18,880 nt of DNA from Candidatus Methylomirabilota bacterium (GTDB lineage: Bacteria; Methylomirabilota; Methylomirabilia; Rokubacteriales; CSP1-6). Below are positions 1 to 7,403 of this stretch, piece after piece; the stretch's first letter is position 1; every line of letters begins with the position of its first letter. Location: contig JBKPAK010000124.1 in assembly GCA_046726415.1 (NCBI GenBank), positions 1 through 18,880 of the forward strand. The letters are read 5' to 3'. The notes under the pieces are model-generated. The model saw nothing but the letters and a program-made list of their open reading frames with translations. It was not told where the DNA came from and searched no databases. The position numbers were made by a program, and so were the translations under genes.

Positions 1-1296
1 GACGGTCACCGTCACCACCACGAAGTACCAGAAGCGGTATGGCCTGTTGCGCAGGCCGACCGGCAGCAGGTTGTGAAAGAAGTTGTTGACCCGGCCCTGC
101 CGCAGGCGCGTGGTCGCGATCGCGTCAGTGGTGGTCCGACCGATGAACGTGTCATAGAGCGGGAACTGGGCGTCATAGAGGGTGACCATGATGAAGAGCA
201 GCATGAGCCACCCCGCCATCGGTCCGAGGACGCCTCCGGCCACCGTCGCCATCTGCACCGCGACGTCCGCCCCGGTGGGGACCTTGCCCGTCTTGAGGAA
301 CTCCGGGTGCAGATAGGCATACCCGGCCACGGAGTACAGGTAGACCATGATGATGCCGCCGATGAGCGCCCACCAGAGGAATAGGCTGTAGCCACCCAGC
401 TTGACCCACTGCTGCATCTTCCGGCGCTCTCCGGCGTCGTTCGTGTCCCACCGCAGTTCTTCGGCGGTAACGTTCTCGGGAGGCCGAAGCGGCCCGGTCA
501 CCTGGCCGGCGAATTTGCCCATCGCAAACCCCGCTCCGATCACCCAGAAGCTCACGTACATGATGCTGCCACCCGGCTGCCCGAATAGCGCCAGCGCGTC
601 CGTCAGCGGCAGCTGTGCGGGGTAGCCGCCCTGGGTCACGAAGGTGATGCCGAGCATCCCCATCAGCACATCCCAGTAGTCGCGCGGTTTGGCGGCGATG
701 GCCGTGATCAGCACGACCAGGATGATGTTCCCAAACATGATGAACAGGAAGAACCGCTGCAGGAAGTTGTAGGTGCGGTCCGAGAGGTAGAACACGACGA
801 GCACGAGCACCAGCGCGATCACCGCCCAGATGTACTGCTTTGGCAGGGTGGAGCCGGGCAGCAGCGTCTGGGTCGAGATGCCGGTGAACCGTTGGGCGGC
901 GACGGCCGCCCCGGCCATCCAGGCCGGCCAGCCCGCCACCAGGAGGGTGATGATGGACCAGTACCAGGGCCAGAAGCCTTTCGGTTTCAGGTCGACGGTG
1001 GCGGCGAAGAACGATCGCCCGGTGTTCATGCTGTACTTGATGCACTCGTAGACAAGGGCCGACTCGAGCACGACCGAGACCATCATCAGCCAGTGCATGT
1101 GGAAGGTCCCGCGGGCGGCGATGTTCGGCAGCAGGTAGGCCTCACCACCGCCCACCGAGATGCCGAAGTTGATCGCCTGCGGGCCGAGCATCGCCATCAT
1201 GCCGGCCAGGGTCAGCGGGAACGGATTCGGCACCTTGTGTATCGGCCGCGCGTCAACAGCCGCCGCGGGTCTCGGCGGGGCCATCGCTTCAGCCAT
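1..1296 (-). CDS. Nramp/YcsG-like (APC superfamily) multi-pass membrane transporter; 3' end lies outside the window
   Basis: Translated by hand from ATG 1296, with SD GGAGG at 1302-1306: MAEAMAPPRPAAAVDARPIHKVPNPFPLTLAGMMAMLGPQAINFGISVGGGEAYLLPNIAARG...YECIKYSMNTGRSFF... The frame is open to position 1 (432 codons) and has many hydrophobic helices. The 'LGP...G.SVGGGE' and 'Y...TG.S' segments are typical of Nramp-like families. Absent from the ORF track because there is no stop in the window. Confidence 0.8.
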   Translation of the reverse strand, partial: MAEAMAPPRPAAAVDARPIHKVPNPFPLTLAGMMAMLGPQAINFGISVGGGEAYLLPNIAARGTFHMHWLMMVSVVLESALVYECIKYSMNTGRSFFAATVDLKPKGFWPWYWSIITLLVAGWPAWMAGAAVAAQRFTGISTQTLLPGSTLPKQYIWAVIALVLVLVVFYLSDRTYNFLQRFFLFIMFGNIILVVLITAIAAKPRDYWDVLMGMLGITFVTQGGYPAQLPLTDALALFGQPGGSIMYVSFWVIGAGFAMGKFAGQVTGPLRPPENVTAEELRWDTNDAGERRKMQQWVKLGGYSLFLWWALIGGIIMVYLYSVAGYAYLHPEFLKTGKVPTGADVAVQMATVAGGVLGPMAGWLMLLFIMVTLYDAQFPLYDTFIGRTTTDAIATTRLRQGRVNNFFHNLLPVGLRNRPYRFWYFVVVTVTV

Positions 1297-1977
1297 AAGA
1301 GCCTCCCATCTCTGCTCACGGCGCACGCTCGCCGACGCTTCGACGGGGACGACACCACGTTGCCAGGGACCAGGACGAGATCGTGGGAGTGTCGCCCGTC
1401 TCAGTCCGGCCAGAAGCCGCGCGCGCCACTCGGTTGCCAGGTAGATTGGCACGCAGGGCGAGCGGCATAAGCGCCCGGCGGTGGACGGGGCAGGCTCACC
1501 ACGAACCGCGCTGAGCGCATCAGGTTGCCTCGCGCCATCGCGTAGAGACCGGTACTCGCGTCGTCAACGCTGACGCCTCAGAGCGTAGATATCATCAACG
1601 GGGTCCCCGGGAGAGTCGGGGAGAGGCCCGGTGCGGAGCCGGGTCGACCTCGGCTCGACGCTCCCTCTCGGTCGCCCACGCACCGGGGGAGCATAGCCAA
1701 CATCACCGGGGTCCTCAAGGAGGCCGGGAAACCGGACCGTTTTGGACAGAGGATGGCGCCCAGCAAAGCCCGCGCTCGAGGGCTATGATGCGACACGTCC
1801 AAGCACCGCGATCCGCGCTCCCCGCGGACCTCGTCGTGTGATGCCCGGCGAAACCGACCGACCTTCGGCACCGTTTCGGGTTGCCAATCGGCGGGTGCCC
1901 CCGCCAGATAAGGCCCCCCTGAGGATGGATTACCGACCGTGAATCCGGGCCCAGGGAGCTGAGCGCACCGCGCGACG

Positions 1978-2547
1978 ATGCGGAAGTACATCGCCGGCCG
2001 GTTGCTCCTCTTCGTGCCCTCGCTGCTCGGAGCCACGCTCCTGATCTTCGTCTTGCTGCGCCTGGTGCCCGGCGACATTGCCGAGATCATCGTCTACCAG
2101 GCCGGCAGCGAGTCGAGCGCCATCCAGCAGAAGCAGGTCCAGCAGATCCGGACCGAGCTGGGCCTCGACCGGCCCATGGCGGAGCAGTACCTCCGAAGGC
2201 TGGGCAACGCCGCGTTCGGCGACTTCGGCTACTCGTAGGTGCAGCGCCGGCCCGTGTCGCAGATCGTGTGGGAGCGCTTCCCCCGCTCGCTGGAGCTAGC
2301 GGTCCTGACCCTCGTCGTCGCCGTCGTCTGGGCCGTGCCCCTCGGGGTCGTCTCGGCCGCTCGACAGAACACCTGGGTCGATCACATCGTTCGGGTCGTC
2401 AGCATCAGCGGGCTCAGCCTGCCCATCTTCTTCACCGGCGTGCTGATCCTCTACGCGCTCGTGCGGTTCTTTCGCTGGCTGCCACCTCTCGAGTTCGTCT
2501 CGCTCTTCGACGACCCGGTGGAGAACCTCAAGCAGCTGGTGTGGCCT
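1978..2547 (+). pseudogene. Peptide/nickel ABC permease (DppB/OppB family), 5' part; internal TAG and 3' truncation
   Basis: MRKYIAGRLLLFVPSLLGATLLIFVLLRLVPGD...ELGLDRP...QY...GDFGYS*VQRRPVSQIVWERFPRSLELAVL...SLPIFFTG...LKQLVWP is a classic DppB N-terminus. TAG at 2236-2238. Homology stops at about 2547, before the EAA loop. Confidence 0.85.
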
Positions 2548-3291
2548 GATCTATATGCACACGCAGAAGCCGCCGTTCAACAACCCGGATCTACGGAAGG
2601 CCGTGTACCTGGCCATCGACCGGCAGGAGCTGGTCGCGAAGACGCTGGAGGGCGCCGGGGTGCCGTGCGCGCTGCTCGACCCCAAGCTCGCGGGCGACGT
2701 TGCGCTGCCCCTGGACGAGGTGCAGAAGCTGCCCGGGTGCCGTCAGCCCAAGGACCAGGACATCGCCGAGGCGAAGCGGCTGGTCGAGAAGCACTACCCG
2801 AACGGCGTGGACATCGAGGCGGCCGTGCGCTCGGCCGGCGGCTACATCGACCGGGCCCAGCTCGTGCTCTCGCAGCTGCGCCGGATCGGCATCCGGGGGA
2901 CGATGAAGACCTACGAGAGCGCCGCGGCTTCGCCGTCTACGGCAAGGGCGACTTCGTGTTCATCGCCACCCAGGATCGCGCGATGGTGACCTCGGATCCC
3001 GGCGCCCTCTTCACGCTCATCTACACCACGCCCGCCGGCAGCAACTGGGGCCAGTGGTCGGACGCGAAGGTGGACGAGCTGAGCGAGCGGGCGCTGCGCG
3101 AACCCGACCCGGCCAAGCGCAAGCAGATCGATCTGGAGCTGCAGCGCCACATCCTCGCTGGCGCTCCCTCGGCGGTCCCCGTCGGCTGGGTCGAGGGCTT
3201 CCACTTCGTCGACAAGCGCGTGCGGGGCTACAAGTTCGGCACCACGGTCTACGACAGCAACACCTTCATGAAGGTGTGGCTCGCGCAGTAG
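2546..3291 (+). pseudogene. C-terminal half of a family-5 ABC substrate-binding protein, with a frameshift near 2925
   Basis: First frame reads LIYMHTQKPPFNNPDLRKAVYLAIDRQEL...DIAEAKRLV...QLRRIGI...YESAA. A -1 shift then gives GFAVYGKGDF...NWGQWSDAKVDEL...DPAKRKQI...VRGYK...FMKVWLAQ*. No N-terminal half or signal peptide. Confidence 0.85.
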
Positions 3292-3301
3292 GCGGCGCCC
3301 A

Positions 3302-4180
3302 ATGGCGCGCGCGCCGATGACACGGGTCCACGTCCTTGGCGCGGGCACGCCCACGCCGACGCCCGACCGCTGGGGCTCGGCCTTCGCGCTGGAGATCGGC
3401 GGCGAGCACCTGATGTTCGACTGCGGGCCGGCGGCCACCTGGAAGCTTGTGAAGGCCGGCATCCAGCCGACGCAGGTGGACTATCTCTTCTTCACCCATC
3501 ACCACTTCGATCACGACGTCGACTACCCCTGCTTCCTGCTGACCCGCTGGGACCAGTCGGTCGGCCGGGAGAACCCCCTTCACGTCTATGGACCGACTTT
3601 GACCGAGACCCTCACCGAGCGGATCCTCGACCCGGAGCGCGGTGCCTTCGCCCACGACTGGAAGGCGCGGGTCGGGCATCCCGTGAGCCAGCGCGTGTTC
3701 GTCAACCGCGGTGGTACCTTGCCGCGGCGGCCCCCGTCGGTGCTGGCGCGCGACGTCGGTCCGGGGCCTGTCCACGAGGGCCGCGAGTGGCGAGTCACCG
3801 CCGCGCCCGCCGAGCATGTCCAGCCCTTCCTCGATTCGCTCGCCTACCGGATCGACGGCGCCGACGGCAGCATCGTGTTCACGGGCGACACGCAACCGTG
3901 CCGCTCGGTGACGGAGCTGGCGCGCGGCGCAGAGATGATGCTGTGCATGTGCTGGGACGACCAGGAGCGCATGGAGGCGCTCGGCGAGGCCGCCGGTACC
4001 TGCGGCACGGTGGGCGCCGCGCGGATGGCCGAGGAGGCCGGCGTCAAGCGCCTGGTCCTCGTGCACATCGGCCCCTACCTGGCGCGGCATGGGCCGATGG
4101 AGAAGGGGATCGGGGACGTGCGCCGCCACTACGGCGGCGAGGTCATCTTCGCCGACGAGCTGCTGGCGCTGCGGGTCTAG
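3302..4180 (+). CDS. MBL-fold metallo-hydrolase, RNase Z/ElaC/AtsA-like
   Basis: Motifs VLGAGTP, FDCG, THHHFDHD (HxHxDH), YGP, AEH, FTGDT and LVLVH; 292 aa. Confidence 0.88.
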   Translation: MARAPMTRVHVLGAGTPTPTPDRWGSAFALEIGGEHLMFDCGPAATWKLVKAGIQPTQVDYLFFTHHHFDHDVDYPCFLLTRWDQSVGRENPLHVYGPTLTETLTERILDPERGAFAHDWKARVGHPVSQRVFVNRGGTLPRRPPSVLARDVGPGPVHEGREWRVTAAPAEHVQPFLDSLAYRIDGADGSIVFTGDTQPCRSVTELARGAEMMLCMCWDDQERMEALGEAAGTCGTVGAARMAEEAGVKRLVLVHIGPYLARHGPMEKGIGDVRRHYGGEVIFADELLALRV

Positions 4181-4197
4181 GACGCGCGCTAGCCCTC

Positions 4198-5817
4198 TCA
4201 GTCCTCCGCCAGCCAGACGTCCTGGAGCTTCTGATTGGAGTAGTGATTGGGCGGGGCCACGTAGTTCCTGACCTTGGCCCAGTGCACCACGCTCCGCCTC
4301 CACCAGAGGCCGGGGATGTAATACGCGTTGTCGAGCACGATTCTCTCGACCTCGTTGACGAGCCGCTTGCGCTCGGCCGGGTCGAGGACCCTCGCCTGGC
4401 GCGCGTAGAGGTCGTCGATCCGGGGATCGGAGAATCGCCCCCAGTTGTTGGGGTCCCCCGTCGTGTACCGCTGGAGGAACAGATCGGGGTCGTCGATGTA
4501 GTGGAACACGCCGCTGATGATCAGCTCGAAGCTCCCGGTGTCGCGTCCATCCGCGAACCAAGCCGCCGTCTCCAGCGGCCGGTGCTCGGCCTCGATCCCG
4601 ATCTTGCGCCACTCCTGGATCGCGAACACCGCGAAGTCCTGGTAGGGAATCTTCACGTTGCGGTTCTTGAGAACGACCTTGAAGCCGTTGGGATAGCCCG
4701 CCTCGGCCAGGAGGCGCCTGGCCTCGGCGCGGCTCTTCTCCGTGTCCCTCCCGAACCCTGGGAGCTTCTGCAGCTCGGTCTCCGACAGCGCCCACTCCGT
4801 GGCCGGACGCATCAGTCCCCCGACGTCCCTCAGACTGGCCAGCGGGTACAGCACGCGGCTCGCGGTGTAGCGATCGAAGCCCAACGTGAGGGCTTTGCGG
4901 ACGCGAACGTCGGTGAACGGCTTCGCCGTCTGGTTGATCGCGATTCCGAACAGGCCGGTGGCGGGCGTTTCCTGCACGACGACCTTGTCCCCCAGCTGCT
5001 TGCGGATCGCCGTCACCTCCGCCTCGGGCATGGTGCGGAACTCGATCCAGGCGCGCCCGGACCGAAGGGCCGCCGCCCGCACCGACGTTTCGGGACTGAT
5101 GTAGAACTTGTACCCGTCCAGGTACGGCCGGTCCTTGATGAAGTAGTCCGGGTTCCGCTCCCCTTCGAACGTCGACCCGCGCGTGTAGCTCTTGAACTTG
5201 AAGGGGCCGGAGCCGACGACGTTCGCCTTGAAGTAATTCGGATCCTTGTCGAGGTACTTTTTGGGATAGATGACGTCCCACGGCGAGGCCAGGTTGGCCA
5301 GGAGCGACGCCGACGGGAACTTGAGCTTGAACACCACGGTGCTCGGGTCCGGGGCCTCGACGCCCGCCACCGCGGCGTAGGCGTTCTTGCGGATGCTGCG
5401 CACCCCGTCCGGCGGGAATACGATCTTGTCGTAGGTGGCCTTGACGTCAACGGCGGTCAGCGGCGAGCCGTCGTGAAACTTGATTCCCTGACGAATCTTG
5501 AAGGTGTAGGTCAGCCCGTCGGGCGCGATCTTCCATTCGGTGGCCACATCCCCAATGACCTTCGGGTAGCTCAACGGGTCGATCTGCAGAAGCGTGCTGT
5601 AGAGGGGCGCCACCAGTTCGATGGTGGCGAAGGTGCTCTCCTGGTGGGGGTCGAGGCTCGGCGCGTCGGCGCCGATGGCCGCCAGCAGGACGCCTCCCCG
5701 GCGCGGGGTCTCCGCCGCCGGGGCCGCCCCCGGGATCGCGACGACCGACGGGCCGATCAGAAAGGCAAGGAGAACAACGGTGAGCAGTGTCCGGTGACGC
5801 CGAAGACCTGCCGCCAT
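4198..5817 (-). CDS. ABC transporter substrate-binding protein, family 5 (DppA/OppA-like)
   Basis: ATG 5817 with SD GGGAGGTG just upstream. Sec-type signal peptide, then PRRGGVL, SLDPH, DGLTYTFKIRQGIKFHDG, GSGPFKF, PFTDVRVRKAL, LLAEAGYPNG and DVWL. The track start at 6039 is over-extended. Confidence 0.93.
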   Translation of the reverse strand: MAAGLRRHRTLLTVVLLAFLIGPSVVAIPGAAPAAETPRRGGVLLAAIGADAPSLDPHQESTFATIELVAPLYSTLLQIDPLSYPKVIGDVATEWKIAPDGLTYTFKIRQGIKFHDGSPLTAVDVKATYDKIVFPPDGVRSIRKNAYAAVAGVEAPDPSTVVFKLKFPSASLLANLASPWDVIYPKKYLDKDPNYFKANVVGSGPFKFKSYTRGSTFEGERNPDYFIKDRPYLDGYKFYISPETSVRAAALRSGRAWIEFRTMPEAEVTAIRKQLGDKVVVQETPATGLFGIAINQTAKPFTDVRVRKALTLGFDRYTASRVLYPLASLRDVGGLMRPATEWALSETELQKLPGFGRDTEKSRAEARRLLAEAGYPNGFKVVLKNRNVKIPYQDFAVFAIQEWRKIGIEAEHRPLETAAWFADGRDTGSFELIISGVFHYIDDPDLFLQRYTTGDPNNWGRFSDPRIDDLYARQARVLDPAERKRLVNEVERIVLDNAYYIPGLWWRRSVVHWAKVRNYVAPPNHYSNQKLQDVWLAED

Positions 5818-5862
5818 CTCACACCTCCCTGTCGCTGAGGACGCTCGACGGAGACGGGATGT

Positions 5863-5884
5863 CCAACCCGATTCGGCGGGTTGG
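5863..5884. repeat. Perfect 8-bp inverted repeat CCAACCCG-N6-CGGGTTGG
   Basis: Read directly from the sequence; overlaps the predicted transcription start of the promoter at 5888-5916. Confidence 0.6.
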
Positions 5885-5887
5885 TGG

Positions 5888-5916
5888 ACGGTAGCAAGGG
5901 CGCGGGGGCCTGTCAA
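5888..5916 (-). promoter_or_regulatory. Sigma70-type promoter for the SBP gene starting at 5817
   Basis: Minus strand reads TTGACA (5916-5911), 17 nt, TACCGT (5893-5888), with TG in the extended -10 position. About 70 nt upstream of the ATG. Confidence 0.65.
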
Positions 5917-5974
5917 TCGACCCGTGGTCGCGCGTAGACTGAAGCCTCGAGCCGCGACGTCAGGGGGGAACGAG

Positions 5975-6334
5975 ATGACAATACAGGCCAGCGGAATCGA
6001 CCACATCGTGCTCCATGTGACCGACCTGGAACGCGCCAAGAAGTTCTACTGCGAGGTCCTCGGCATGACCCTCTACCGACAGAACGACAGACAAGTGTTC
6101 TTGCATGCCGGCCAGCAGGGCGTGGCGCTGTTCACGAAGCCGGAGGACACTCCACTGACCTCGGGCAACGATCTCAACCATATGGCCTTGAACGTCACGG
6201 CGGGAACGTACGAAGCGCTCAAGGCCGAGCTGGAGAAGCGTGGAGTCGCGGTGAGTGGCCGCCCGGGCGAGGACCGCTGCATCTATTTTCAGGACCCCGA
6301 CGGACATCGCCTCCAGCTGATGGTCCGCTCGTGA
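5975..6334 (+). CDS. VOC family (glyoxalase/bleomycin resistance) protein
   Basis: MTIQASGIDHIVLHVTDLERAKKFYCEVLG...LNHMAL...IYFQDPDGHRLQL; ATG 5975 follows a G-rich SD-like tract. Confidence 0.9.
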   Translation: MTIQASGIDHIVLHVTDLERAKKFYCEVLGMTLYRQNDRQVFLHAGQQGVALFTKPEDTPLTSGNDLNHMALNVTAGTYEALKAELEKRGVAVSGRPGEDRCIYFQDPDGHRLQLMVRS

Positions 6335-6344
6335 CCTCGGCGGT

Positions 6345-6411
6345 GAACGCTGAGCACGCTGGTCTGGGGCAAGGCGAGAACGCTGAGCACGCTGCTCTGG
6401 GGCAAGGCGAG
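6345..6411. repeat. Tandem duplication, 2 x 33 bp with 1 mismatch
   Basis: GAACGCTGAGCACGCTGGTCTGGGGCAAGGCGA (6345-6377) followed by GAACGCTGAGCACGCTGCTCTGGGGCAAGGCGA (6378-6410). Confidence 0.9.
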
Positions 6412-6574
6412 CCGGTTCGACAACAGACTTGATCGGTCTGTGGTCCCTGCCCGACCTCGCGCGGGTCACGGCGCGCGGGCCGCATCGCCTACGGTCAGGG
6501 AGGCGTGCCGACCTTCCTGCCGCCTCTCATCAGAGAAGCCACGAAGGCGACTCTACGTCGTCTGTCGTCGCTCC

Positions 6575-7273
6575 TCACGTCGACGAGCCTTCGAGCGCAG
6601 CGCGTGTGCGGCGCATCATTGCATCGGCGACCGCGACCGCCCGGTGAGCGTCCTCGCCGGTGGGCTCGCCATGTGGGAGCAGGCCCTCTTCGGTCAGGTA
6701 TCGTCCCCGGTACACGCTGTTCAGGAACACCACGTCGTCCATCTCTAGGCCGGCCGGCCACCCCTCGTTGGCGACGGCGTTCAGGAGCTCGACGAGGTCG
6801 TGGGTCCGAGCCGGCCGCCTGCCCCTTTCGAGGAGTAGCGCCTTCAGGAGCTTTTCCACACACTGCTGACTGTGGAGGCACACTCCGCGAGATTTGCGGT
6901 GATCGCGGAGCACGACCGCGCTTTCCAGCTCGTCCTGCGCCTCCCGGAGCCACGCCGCAGTCGCCTTGCGCATGTAGAGAACCCTCCCGTGCTCCATGAG
7001 CTCCTCGATGAACGAGCTACCTACAGCGAGGAGTTGGCGGAGCTCGCCGGGCGTGTAGACGATCACGTCGAGCGGGAGGGCCCGGTCGGCCAGCAGGCGC
7101 TCGACCTCGATGCGCCGTTCGATCGGTCGCCGATCTGTCTCCTTCACGATCAGGAGGTCGACGTCGCTCCCGCCACGGGCCGCACCCGCCGCGCGCGAGC
7201 CGAACAGGATGATCCGGTCCGGCGCGTAGCCGGTCACCAGACGCTCAACGATCGTTTCCACCGTGGTCAGCAC
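6575..7273 (-). CDS. Fused minimal nucleotidyltransferase (MNT) + HEPN domain protein (toxin-antitoxin-like module)
   Basis: N-terminal IILFGSRAAGAARGGSDVDLLIV (GS-x10-DxD) and LDVIVYTP. C-terminal WLREAQDEL...HSQQCVEKLLKALL...PARTHDLVELL...RY, a COG2250/PF05168-type HEPN. No stop between the domains. Confidence 0.88.
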   Translation of the reverse strand: MLTTVETIVERLVTGYAPDRIILFGSRAAGAARGGSDVDLLIVKETDRRPIERRIEVERLLADRALPLDVIVYTPGELRQLLAVGSSFIEELMEHGRVLYMRKATAAWLREAQDELESAVVLRDHRKSRGVCLHSQQCVEKLLKALLLERGRRPARTHDLVELLNAVANEGWPAGLEMDDVVFLNSVYRGRYLTEEGLLPHGEPTGEDAHRAVAVADAMMRRTRAALEGSST

Positions 7274-7338
7274 CGCATGGCCCCGGATGCGAGGCTAACA
7301 TACGCACCGCGCGCGAGGTTTCGCCTCGGGAACATACC

Positions 7339-7376
7339 CCGCCGCCCACTCTCAGCGCTCCCTCTTCGGGCGGCGG
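7339..7376. terminator. GC-rich stem-loop downstream of the minus-strand SBP gene; possible terminator or mRNA stabiliser
   Basis: CCGCCGCCC-N20-GGGCGGCGG, a 9-bp stem with no clear U-tract. Confidence 0.3.
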
Positions 7377-7403
7377 CTCCCTTGCCCTGGCGCCGTGACA
7401 TCC

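Noticed and set aside
1424-1462. Sigma54 promoter (TGGCAC at 1447 on plus; CTGGCA-N-TGGCG on minus)
   Set aside because: The plus-strand copy lacks the -12 TTGC at the right spacing, and the minus-strand copy has GG-N10-GC but otherwise matches poorly.
2236-2238. In-frame TAG as pyrrolysine or programmed read-through
   Set aside because: It lies at a non-catalytic position in a permease (one change from a TAC Tyr codon), and the same locus has a deletion junction and a frameshift. Decay is the simpler explanation.
6345-6411. 33-bp repeat as a CRISPR mini-array
   Set aside because: The copies are directly adjacent with no spacer, there are only two, and there are no cas genes.
6490-6535. Hammerhead ribozyme (minus-strand CTGATGA followed by a GAGGCG/CGCCTC stem)
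   Set aside because: The required GAAA after stem II is absent (it reads CCTGA), and I could not build stems I and III.
6523-6570. SAM-I or glycine riboswitch-like words (CTCATCAGAGAAGC, CGAAGG)
   Set aside because: Downstream conserved elements are missing, and the site lies between convergent gene ends rather than in a leader.
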